Positions 13,890 through 22,765 of a stretch of 24,000 nucleotides of DNA are shown in pieces. Location: positions 48,662-72,661 of the forward strand of contig CAAEKO010000034.1 of assembly GCA_900756545.1 (NCBI GenBank). Direction: 5' to 3'. Source of the DNA: Clostridia bacterium (GTDB lineage: Bacteria; Bacillota; Clostridia; UBA1381). Below the pieces are notes generated by a model. The model did no database searches. It saw only the letters and a list, made by a program, of their open reading frames with translations, and was not told the DNA's origin. A program made the translations under genes and the position numbers. Position 1 is the first letter of the stretch. Every line of letters starts with the position of its first letter.

Positions 13890-16235
13890 TTAATAGCAGT
13901 TTTTATCCATAAATTCTCGTAGTTTATCTGCCTTTGTACTTGTAAGTAATGTTTTTAATGCAGACGATTGAAATTCTGCATATTTCGCTTCAAGCAGTTC
14001 AGGCTCGTCTTTCCACACCTCTGAATATATATCCCAAGCTGTATCAATTCTGTTCTGAGCTTTGTGTACTTCTCCCATATCCATATACATCAGTCCTGCA
14101 CCCCAAAGGATATTGGCGTAATCGGTTGTATCATACAAATCCGAATCATGCAATACCTTTGCACATCTCTCAAGTGCGTTGACTGCTTTGTTGTACTCTC
14201 CCAATTCTGCTGCCAAGTGTGCATAATTAAAAACCTGTGCAACGCCGTCACGGCTGTTATCTAATCCGGCTTTTTTAAGAACGCCGTACCCAAGCTCCAT
14301 ATATTTTCTTGCTTCTGTCTTATTTCCGTTGGATAAATATACACCACCTAAATTGCTGTATATATTTGCTACAAGTAAGGGATTTCCCTTTTGCAATCCA
14401 TTACAGTATTCAGCAGCCTTCTTTTGATAATGTAACGCCTTTTTAAGATTATTGTTAAACACCTGCTCATAAGTTGCCTTATAATCAAGTAATAATGCTT
14501 GCTCGGATGTATTACATATTCCGTCTGCTGTCATTCGTTCAAGCTCGGACAGTATTGTATCCATACCGGTTTTGTATCTGTACTTTTCCATATACGGAAA
14601 TACATCTACAAGCAGTCTTATATATGCCCGTATATCGTCTTTTTCAGCATATATGATTATATTTTCCGCAACGGCAAACAACAGCTTGTGATGCGGTAAG
14701 TCAATACCGTGAAACAGGCATTGAAATCTTGTGTTATCAATAAGTGTTTTACAGTTGCTTATACTTGGTTTTGTATCATCGACAGTAACCTCTTGAATTA
14801 AGGGGTGCAGATATATCTTTCTGCAATCCGTCTTTTGGATGAAACCTAATTCGATTAAATCGTTTATGCTATTAAGGTTTTTCAATTCAAGCCATTTTGC
14901 AAACATTTTTGGATTTATACCCTCTGTAGGGATAAAAGCCATATTACGCATTATGTTCTGTGCATTATCGGACAAACAAGCTAATGTTATCAGCGTGTGT
15001 ATATGCTCATAATATGTGCCTTGTGTGTTTTTTCCGTCTTTTACAATTCCTATCCTATCATCAGTATTCAGTACGGTTTTTGTTTCCTGTAACTTTTGTA
15101 ATAATGCCTTTGCATTTAATATCCCCGAAGCTAACAACCTTGCAGAAAGTTCAACCGCCAATGTGTGACAATGTACGGCTTCTATAATCTGCTTTACAAC
15201 ATCAATATTTTTATCGTTAATTTCATAAAAATATCCCACAAGCTCTAATAAAGAATCCATATCTGCCATTTCCGAAATATCAATGAAATGGTAATTGTCA
15301 AATCTGCTTCGTGTTGTAAACAGAATACGACAACGGTATTTCATAATAACATCAAATATCGAATCTGCTGAAGCCGTTGTATTAAAGTTGTCAATGATAA
15401 TCAGAGTATCTTCCTTTAAGCTACGCAAAAAGCGGTTATGATTTTTGAAACGCACATCAGTATTATCTGTTATCATGTCATCAGCAAATTCAAAGTCGGC
15501 TATCATCTGCTTTAAATCGCCTGTATATGTGAAGAACAAAATATTTGTATAATCGTTTTTATGTACTTCTGCATATTTCTTGCCAAGCTCGCTTTTACCA
15601 ATTCCGGCAACACCCTGTAAAAAGATTTTATCTTGCTTTTTCAGCATTTCATCTATAGCTTGAAGTTCGTTATCCCTACCACAGAAATGTTTACAGGCTT
15701 TAGGAACAAAACCGTCAATAATATAATCTTTCACAATAGGTGATAAGCTGCCTAATGCAAGAAGCTCCTTTGTCTTGCTTTCCCTTTTCACAAAAGTACG
15801 CTCCATACCAAAATACAGCACTCTGCTGATAAAATCAGCTTTGTCCTGCTCGTTATTATACGGATAATCTCCACATAAATATTCTTTCTTCTCCGGCGAT
15901 ATATCAGTATCGTTCATTGTTAGGTTATATATTTCACTAACCGCCATATCCAAATCATAAAGCAAAGGAAAAACAAGATTTTCAATATCGAAAGACAGCT
16001 TTTTCTGTGCTTTGGCAGTTGAATAATACTCTATAATTCTCGGACTTATTTTAGCTGTTCCGTTCAGCCATTTGCATACAAGACCGTTATCCAATGAAAA
16101 ATCCTCAGAATACTTGCTTTGAAAGAAATTATCAAACAAGCACTCTTGCAGTAAATCCGTCTGATTTATACTTTCACTTTGGCTTATGTAGTTTGAAATA
16201 ATCTGCATTACAGATGAAAAATCACATCTTTCCAT
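13890..16235 (-). CDS. STAND-class P-loop NTPase (NB-ARC-like) with a C-terminal TPR array and an unassigned ~185-aa N-terminal domain
   Basis: - Walker A 'GVAGIGKS' (nt 15591-15614), Walker B 'TLIIIDNF', and 'RILFTTRSR' (an NB-ARC RNBS-B-like TTR).
- C-terminal TPR-like repeats ('VANIYSNLGGVYLSNGNKTEARKYMELG', 'AQVFNYAHLAAELGEYNKAVNALERC', 'ANILWGAGLMYMDMGEVHKAQNRIDTA').
- The track starts at GTG 16244, but that GTG lies inside the GAGGTG SD. ATG 16235 ('MERCDF') has correct spacing. Confidence 0.85.
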   Translation of the reverse strand: MERCDFSSVMQIISNYISQSESINQTDLLQECLFDNFFQSKYSEDFSLDNGLVCKWLNGTAKISPRIIEYYSTAKAQKKLSFDIENLVFPLLYDLDMAVSEIYNLTMNDTDISPEKKEYLCGDYPYNNEQDKADFISRVLYFGMERTFVKRESKTKELLALGSLSPIVKDYIIDGFVPKACKHFCGRDNELQAIDEMLKKQDKIFLQGVAGIGKSELGKKYAEVHKNDYTNILFFTYTGDLKQMIADFEFADDMITDNTDVRFKNHNRFLRSLKEDTLIIIDNFNTTASADSIFDVIMKYRCRILFTTRSRFDNYHFIDISEMADMDSLLELVGYFYEINDKNIDVVKQIIEAVHCHTLAVELSARLLASGILNAKALLQKLQETKTVLNTDDRIGIVKDGKNTQGTYYEHIHTLITLACLSDNAQNIMRNMAFIPTEGINPKMFAKWLELKNLNSINDLIELGFIQKTDCRKIYLHPLIQEVTVDDTKPSISNCKTLIDNTRFQCLFHGIDLPHHKLLFAVAENIIIYAEKDDIRAYIRLLVDVFPYMEKYRYKTGMDTILSELERMTADGICNTSEQALLLDYKATYEQVFNNNLKKALHYQKKAAEYCNGLQKGNPLLVANIYSNLGGVYLSNGNKTEARKYMELGYGVLKKAGLDNSRDGVAQVFNYAHLAAELGEYNKAVNALERCAKVLHDSDLYDTTDYANILWGAGLMYMDMGEVHKAQNRIDTAWDIYSEVWKDEPELLEAKYAEFQSSALKTLLTSTKADKLREFMDKNCY

Positions 16236-16253
16236 TCGTGTCACCTCACTTTG

Positions 16254-16280
16254 TCAATTTATGCTCAATTTCGTGTCAAT
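16254..16280 (+). repeat. array of three TCAAT motifs phased at exactly 11 bp (copy 3 of 3), within the 5' UTR of the STAND gene
   Basis: tgTCAATttatgcTCAATttcgtgTCAATgta, with motif starts at 16254, 16265 and 16276. The array lies between the STAND promoter -10 (16295-16290) and its SD (16248-16243). Confidence 0.6.
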
Positions 16281-16289
16281 GTATTTTGA

Positions 16290-16318
16290 ACTATACTTCT
16301 ATATACTAAACCTGTCAA
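16290..16318 (-). promoter_or_regulatory. sigma-A type promoter for the STAND gene
   Basis: On the minus strand: TTGACA (16318-16313), a 17-nt spacer, TATAGT (16295-16290). Confidence 0.55.
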
Positions 16319-16426
16319 ACGGCGGTATTATCTTAATATTATTATATCACATAATTGGTAGTAAATCAAATATTACATATCCGCCTGATGATAATTTGTT
16401 GATTATGGACAGGAGGATAAAACACA

Positions 16427-16603
16427 ATGACATTAAAGGACAATACTCTGCAAAATACTACAGAAGAAAACTTGAAAAATCCTCAAAATATCAGCTTTAA
16501 GAAAGGTATCGGCAAAACAACTTATGTTGTAAATGCACATTTCAATGAGAAAGTGAAAGAGGATATTGCCATGAAAATTAAAAGGCTAATTACACGACTA
16601 TAG
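16427..16603 (+). CDS. tnpW: TnpW-like small transposon protein (58 aa; absent from the ORF track)
   Basis: AGGAGG SD (16411-16416), 10 nt before ATG 16427. The product is MTLKDNTLQNTTEENLKNPQNISFKKGIGKTTYVVNAHFNEKVKEDIAMKIKRLITRL. The 'IGxTTYxVxxxF...K(I/L)xxLI' core and the position just upstream of a large serine recombinase match the TnpW family of Tn4451-like elements (from memory). Confidence 0.6.
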   Translation: MTLKDNTLQNTTEENLKNPQNISFKKGIGKTTYVVNAHFNEKVKEDIAMKIKRLITRL

Positions 16604-16655
16604 CAAACTGCAATTAGGCAGAGTCAACAAAATTATATTTTGTAATTCAAAATCA

Positions 16656-18372
<1,717 letters not shown>

Positions 18373-18396
18373 ATATTTTTAATTAATAAACAATGA

Positions 18397-18438
18397 GGCG
18401 ATACAAAGAGCAAAAAGCCCATTGTATCGCCGTTTCTT
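18397..18438 (+). terminator. terminator-like hairpin downstream of the serine recombinase
   Basis: 10-bp perfect stem ggcgatacaa (18397-18406) / ttgtatcgcc (18422-18431), followed by gtttctt. Confidence 0.55.
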
Positions 18439-18671
18439 ATAACTTCCTTATAATCATTTAACAGAAGCCACGCACTGAAAAACGCAGTGACTCCGATCTT
18501 CAATGTTACCACACACTTTTGATCGATCTTAAATAAGAAATACGACAAAATCAGAGTATACGTTTTTACCTGCTTAACGTATCTCCTATTTGAGAAATTA
18601 TTCAAAAGTATGTGGTGGACATATTCTATCATATCCTATCCGATTTTTCAAGCATATTATTCAAAAACTGC

Positions 18672-18700
18672 AAAAGGCTGAACGGAGAATCCGTTCAGCC
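18672..18700 (-). terminator. rho-independent terminator of yebC
   Basis: 10-bp perfect stem ggctgaacgg (18676-18685) / ccgttcagcc (18691-18700) with a 5-nt loop. On the minus strand it is followed by UUUUGCAGUUUUU. Confidence 0.7.
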
Positions 18701-18723
18701 CATAAACTGCGAATATTTGTTTT

Positions 18724-19461
18724 TTAATCCTCGTAATCGTCTTCGTTTTCCCAGTTGTGCCATACATTCTGGACGTCGTCGTTGTCTTCCAGATTCTCCA
18801 ATAGCTTACCCATCATCGTAAGCTGTTTTTCATCTGTCAGCGTAACCATAGTCTGGGGAACCATGCTGATTTCAGCGGAAGATAACGTATATTTTTGCTC
18901 TAATGCGTCCCGGGCAGCGTGAAAATCTGCCGGGGCTGTAGTGATCTCATAATATTCCTCTTCCGCGGCAATATCCTCTGCACCGGCCTCCAGTGCGTCC
19001 ATGGTAATCGTGTCCTCGTCAATATCCTCGTTCTCAATGACGATAACCCCTTTTTGATCAAACATAAAGCTGACGCATCCGGTCTGACCCATGTTTCCGC
19101 CGAATTTATCAAAGTAGTGCCGCACGTCCGCCGCGGTACGGTTGCGGTTATCGGTCAGCGTTTCTACGATCACCGCCACGCCATTCGGGCCATAGCCCTC
19201 ATAGGTAATATTTTCGTAGTTATCGCCTTCTGTACTGCCCGCCGCCTTTTTGATCGTACGGTTAATGTTGTCGTTCGGCATATTCGCCGCGCGGCCTTTG
19301 GCGATAGCGTCCTTCAATGATGAATTATTATCAGGGTCAGGGCCGCCTGCTTTAACGGCCACAATGATCTCACGGGCAATCTTGGTGAAGATTTTAGCTC
19401 GCTGCGCATCATTGGCGCCCTTCTTCCGTTTAATTGTACTCCATTTTGAATGACCTGACAT
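18724..19461 (-). CDS. yebC: YebC/PmpR-family DNA-binding transcriptional regulator
   Basis: '[46 protein letters not shown]...' is the canonical YebC N-terminus. AAGGAG SD. 245 aa. Confidence 0.9.
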   Translation of the reverse strand: MSGHSKWSTIKRKKGANDAQRAKIFTKIAREIIVAVKAGGPDPDNNSSLKDAIAKGRAANMPNDNINRTIKKAAGSTEGDNYENITYEGYGPNGVAVIVETLTDNRNRTAADVRHYFDKFGGNMGQTGCVSFMFDQKGVIVIENEDIDEDTITMDALEAGAEDIAAEEEYYEITTAPADFHAARDALEQKYTLSSAEISMVPQTMVTLTDEKQLTMMGKLLENLEDNDDVQNVWHNWENEDDYED

Positions 19462-19480
19462 CTTGTTCTCTCCTTAGAAA

Positions 19481-20206
19481 TTATTCTTCCGTATCCTCTG
19501 TTTCCGCCGCTCGGTAATCGGGATAATCCCCGTATCTGCGCCGCGAGCCTCTGGTAGTATAAGATTTCGCGTTTTTCGGCGCGATAACCACCTTCCGGTA
19601 AGGCTCTTCTCCTACAGAAAATGTTGTAACAGCCTCATTGGCCTGCAAATTGGCATGAATGATCCGCCTCTCATAGGGATTCATCGGCTCCAACGTATAT
19701 TTACGGCCGCTTTTTGCAACCTTATCTGCAAGCCGTGCAGACAGGGCGACCAATGCCTGCTCCCGCTTGGCTCTATAATTTTCTGTATCAATCGTGACTT
19801 TTATGTAGTCGTCCGATTCATGATTCACAATCAGGGATGTCAAGTACTGCAGACTGTCCAATGTATCTCCACGTTTGCCAATCACGATCCCCATATGCTC
19901 GCCGGACAACGCAATGTTCAACGCGCCGCCCTCTGCTCTTGCGTCAATATCCACATCTAAGGCCATGGCCTTAAAAACATCGTCTAAAAAAACCCGTGCC
20001 GCCTTTGTAGCCGGCTCTTTCAGCTCCGCGCTGACCTTAGCCTCCTTAGAACCAATGCCTAAAAATCCTTTTGTACCTTCATCCAATACAGTAACAATAG
20101 CTTCGTCCGCGGAAACGCCTAGTTCATCTAAGGCAAGCTTCGTAGCCTCACTTACGCTTTTTGCTGTTTTTTCTGTTTTTTTCAGGAACTTTAACAACGA
20201 ACTCAT
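19481..20206 (-). CDS. jag: Jag/KhpB RNA-binding protein (Jag_N + KH + R3H)
   Basis: 'KSVSEATKLALDELGVSADEAIVTVLDEGTKGFLGIG' (Jag_N); KH-like 'IGKRGDTLDSLQYL'; R3H 'LEPMNPYERRIIHANLQ'. The start is uncertain: TTG 20221, ATG 20206 or TTG 20197. The AGGAGG SD best fits 20197. The gene overlaps the yidC 3' end. Confidence 0.85.
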   Translation of the reverse strand: MSSLLKFLKKTEKTAKSVSEATKLALDELGVSADEAIVTVLDEGTKGFLGIGSKEAKVSAELKEPATKAARVFLDDVFKAMALDVDIDARAEGGALNIALSGEHMGIVIGKRGDTLDSLQYLTSLIVNHESDDYIKVTIDTENYRAKREQALVALSARLADKVAKSGRKYTLEPMNPYERRIIHANLQANEAVTTFSVGEEPYRKVVIAPKNAKSYTTRGSRRRYGDYPDYRAAETEDTEE

Positions 20207-21143
20207 CCTCCTTTTGATCAAAATAATTGTTTAGAAAATATTGCTGCGCCATCTGGAATATATTGGATACAATCCAGTAAATACCTAATCCTGATGGCAG
20301 TGTGAATGCGAAGAACCCAGTCATAACGGGCATCATAATATTCATGCTTTTAGACATGGACGCCGCCGGATTTTCTTCACCGCCTGCCGCAGCTTGGCCG
20401 CTCATCTTCTGAGACTGCTTCATACTGAGCCAAGTAGTCAAAACCGCGACTGCCGGGATCAAGAGCAATAGGACGATGCTCAAGTGGGTGAAATCCCCGC
20501 TGAACAGCTGACCGATATAGCTGAATGCCCGGGAAGGCACTTCTGCCAGATCCAGGCCCAGAAAATTGAAGTTGATAGACCAGCTGTCCCCCGCTCCGTT
20601 AAGCAGGGTACTCCATGTAGACAGCCGGATCTGCTCATTTTTCAAAAGCAGGGTTTGTAAATCCGCAATCTTATCCGGCAAATAGCTTGCATACTTTGAA
20701 AATGTATTGGGCCATTCTACGCTCATACGCTGGATGATTTCCCCTACTTTGGAAATAGTCTCCGGCGCTTTTGCGTCAACGCCCAGTATATGGGTCAGCG
20801 GGCTTTGAATAACCCGGTAGAGGCCGATCAAAATCGGCATCTGGATCAAGAGCGGCAGACAGCCGCCCATCATACTGACATTATTATCCTTGTAAAGCTT
20901 CATCATTTCTCGCTGCAGCTTTTCCTTATCATTGGCATACTTTTTCTGCAACTCTGCCAAAACCGGCTGGATTTTTTGCTGCTTTTTCATCGCCTTCTGG
21001 GATTTAAATGTCAACGGGAAAACAATGAGCTTGATTACCAGCGTAAACAGGATGATTGATAACCCATAGTTCTTGACGATATTATAGATCAGCCGGATGA
21101 TAAACCCCAATGGGATCGCAATAATTTCAAATAAATCTAACAT
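20148..21143 (-). CDS. yidC: membrane protein insertase YidC/SpoIIIJ
   Basis: 'MKKQQKIQPVLAELQKKYANDKEKLQREMMKLYKDNNVSMMGGCLPLLIQMPILIGLYRVI' and 'LPSGLGIYWIVSNIFQMAQQ' are the conserved YidC core motifs. The protein has a basic C-terminal tail. Confidence 0.9.
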   Translation of the reverse strand: MLDLFEIIAIPLGFIIRLIYNIVKNYGLSIILFTLVIKLIVFPLTFKSQKAMKKQQKIQPVLAELQKKYANDKEKLQREMMKLYKDNNVSMMGGCLPLLIQMPILIGLYRVIQSPLTHILGVDAKAPETISKVGEIIQRMSVEWPNTFSKYASYLPDKIADLQTLLLKNEQIRLSTWSTLLNGAGDSWSINFNFLGLDLAEVPSRAFSYIGQLFSGDFTHLSIVLLLLIPAVAVLTTWLSMKQSQKMSGQAAAGGEENPAASMSKSMNIMMPVMTGFFAFTLPSGLGIYWIVSNIFQMAQQYFLNNYFDQKEDEFVVKVPEKNRKNSKKRK

Positions 21144-21160
21144 TCTTTTTTCTTTCTCTC

Positions 21161-21373
21161 CTATTCTAATGGGTCGTACCCACCCTTATGGAAGGGATGG
21201 CAGCGAAGCACCCGCCGAAGCGCAAGATACCCGCCTTTCAGCGCGCCATATTTTTCAAGCGCCTGCACCGCATATTCCGAGCAAGTGGGAATAAACCGGC
21301 AGCAGGCTCCGCCCTTGTATGGCGAAATATTTTTCTGGTAAGACCGGACAAGCCAGATCAAAAGCTTTTTCAC
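21161..21373 (-). CDS. yidD: membrane protein insertion efficiency factor YidD
   Basis: '[67 protein letters not shown]'. The likely start is GTG 21373, in a GTGA overlap with the rnpA stop. The longer track ORF (to 21430) would overlap rnpA by 60 nt. Confidence 0.85.
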   Translation of the reverse strand: MKKLLIWLVRSYQKNISPYKGGACCRFIPTCSEYAVQALEKYGALKGGYLALRRVLRCHPFHKGGYDPLE

Positions 21374-21705
21374 GACACAAACATCTCCAGTTTCTGCATT
21401 GCTGCCCGAACGTCCGCATCCACATCCCAAAAGGACTTGTCCACCGCGCGGCTGCGCGCCACGATTACAATATCAAAGCCTTGTTTTAATTCCTGTTCCA
21501 AAAGGCGGAAGCTTTCCCGCATAACCCGTTTGGCACGGTTGCGCCTGACCGCATTGCCCACAGCCTTGCCGCAGGTTAGGCCAAGACGATTGCGACCCTG
21601 CCGGTTTCTTAGTGCGTATACCACAACGCTCTGTCGCACCGCGCTTTTTCCGCGGTAATATACTCTTTTGAAATCCTTATTGAGCTTCATCGTCTCAGTA
21701 TTCAT
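21370..21705 (-). CDS. rnpA: ribonuclease P protein component
   Basis: '[23 protein letters not shown]...[26 protein letters not shown]' (the RNR motif). ATG 21705 has a GGAG SD 6 nt upstream. The track start at 21711 is a TTG. Confidence 0.85.
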   Translation of the reverse strand: MNTETMKLNKDFKRVYYRGKSAVRQSVVVYALRNRQGRNRLGLTCGKAVGNAVRRNRAKRVMRESFRLLEQELKQGFDIVIVARSRAVDKSFWDVDADVRAAMQKLEMFVS

Positions 21706-21812
21706 ATTCAACTCCGCAGTCTCGGCTCTGCCTGCAAAGCCGGGAAATTTTCTGAAAATTCAAAAAAGGCAAAAAGCACGAGGCCTTTGCCTCCTTACTT
21801 CTCGCCTCATTC

Positions 21813-21947
21813 TTACGCTGACAATTTCTTTCTGCCTCTTTGTCTTCTTCTTGCAATGATCTTTCTGCCGGAAGCAGTTTTCATTCTTTTTCTGAAACCG
21901 TGCTCTTTTTTTCTCTGGCGCTTTTTCGGTTGATACGTCCTCAGCAT
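21813..21947 (-). CDS. rpmH: 50S ribosomal protein L34 (absent from the ORF track)
   Basis: Manual translation of the minus strand gives [44 protein letters not shown] (44 aa), the canonical L34 sequence. There is a GGAGG SD. The listed 68-aa ORF 21760-21966 is in the wrong frame. Confidence 0.95.
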   Translation of the reverse strand: MLRTYQPKKRQRKKEHGFRKRMKTASGRKIIARRRQRGRKKLSA

Positions 21948-22023
21948 TGTCCGGACACCTCCCCAAACAAAATTATTTCTTCCAATCTATGGAGAAAACC
22001 CCATAAAATTAGACACCATACCC

Positions 22024-22052
22024 ATTATACAAAAAACTTTGTCCCTTGTCAA
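22024..22052 (-). promoter_or_regulatory. consensus promoter of the rpmH-rnpA operon
   Basis: On the minus strand: TTGACA (22052-22047), a 17-nt spacer, TATAAT (22029-22024). Confidence 0.65.
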
Positions 22053-22232
22053 GTATTTTTCCAATATTTTTTTCATCCGTGGAATCTCAACAAAAAATGA
22101 CGAATAATGTGTTTTCGTTTTGCATACAATTTTAGTGCGAAATTTTCAATAAAATCTTGTTTTCGGCTTATACATGTGATAAAATAGATCTGTATAAGTA
22201 TTTTTTTTGATTCTGAAAACAGGAGGAATATC

Positions 22233-22751
22233 ATGAATACAGCCTACGTTTACCTGCAGCTTTATAAATTATTCGACAATATCACCCCCATCCGGGCAGA
22301 CTGCGGGAAATTGTGCGGCAAAGCGTGCTGCCGCGGCAAGGACAGCGGCATGTACCTGTTTCCCGGTGAAAAAAAGGTTTTCGACCTACTGACTCCGGAC
22401 TGGATCAAAACTGCGGATACGGACTTTAAGTATACATACAATAATCAGGAAAAGACACTGCCTATCGCGTTTTGTTCCGGCCGCTGCGATCGGTTTGAGC
22501 GGCCGCTGGCCTGCCGGATATTCCCCCTTACCCCTCATCTGGATACAAACAGAAGGCTGGAGATCATTATTGATCCCCGCGCAAGAGCAGTCTGTCCCCT
22601 TACTCATGGACTTAGTTTAGAGGAATATGATCCCCGGTTCATCCGGAACATCTACAAGGTCTTTAGCCTTCTGATGAAAAACAGCGAATTCCGCGGATTT
22701 ATGGATGTTTATTCCGCATACTTAGACGATTTCAGGAAATTTTTTAAATAA
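22233..22751 (+). CDS. YkgJ-family cysteine-cluster (putative Fe-S/Zn) protein
   Basis: AGGAGG SD. The N-terminal 'CGKLCGKACCRG' cluster plus later Cys residues ('FCSGRCDRFERPLACRIFP') match the CxxCxxCC / UPF0153 pattern. Confidence 0.65.
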   Translation: MNTAYVYLQLYKLFDNITPIRADCGKLCGKACCRGKDSGMYLFPGEKKVFDLLTPDWIKTADTDFKYTYNNQEKTLPIAFCSGRCDRFERPLACRIFPLTPHLDTNRRLEIIIDPRARAVCPLTHGLSLEEYDPRFIRNIYKVFSLLMKNSEFRGFMDVYSAYLDDFRKFFK

Positions 22752-22765
22752 GGACGGTTCTATAC

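Noticed and set aside
16261-16500. 79-aa plus-strand ORF in the STAND/tnpW intergenic region
   Set aside because: It has no SD and spans promoter/operator DNA. It overlaps, out of frame, the better-supported 58-aa tnpW-like ORF, which has a strong SD.
18900-21658. Numerous plus-strand ORFs (65-156 aa) opposite yebC, jag, yidC, yidD and rnpA
   Set aside because: They are typical antisense shadow ORFs of a GC-richer region. The minus-strand genes all have canonical conserved sequences.
21760-21966. 68-aa minus-strand ORF at the rpmH locus
   Set aside because: It is in the wrong frame. The adjacent frame encodes a textbook L34 with its own SD.
21950-22230. Possible oriC / DnaA-box cluster upstream of rpmH
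   Set aside because: I found no TTATCCACA-like boxes on reading either strand, and dnaA is not adjacent. Only the rpmH promoter is supported.
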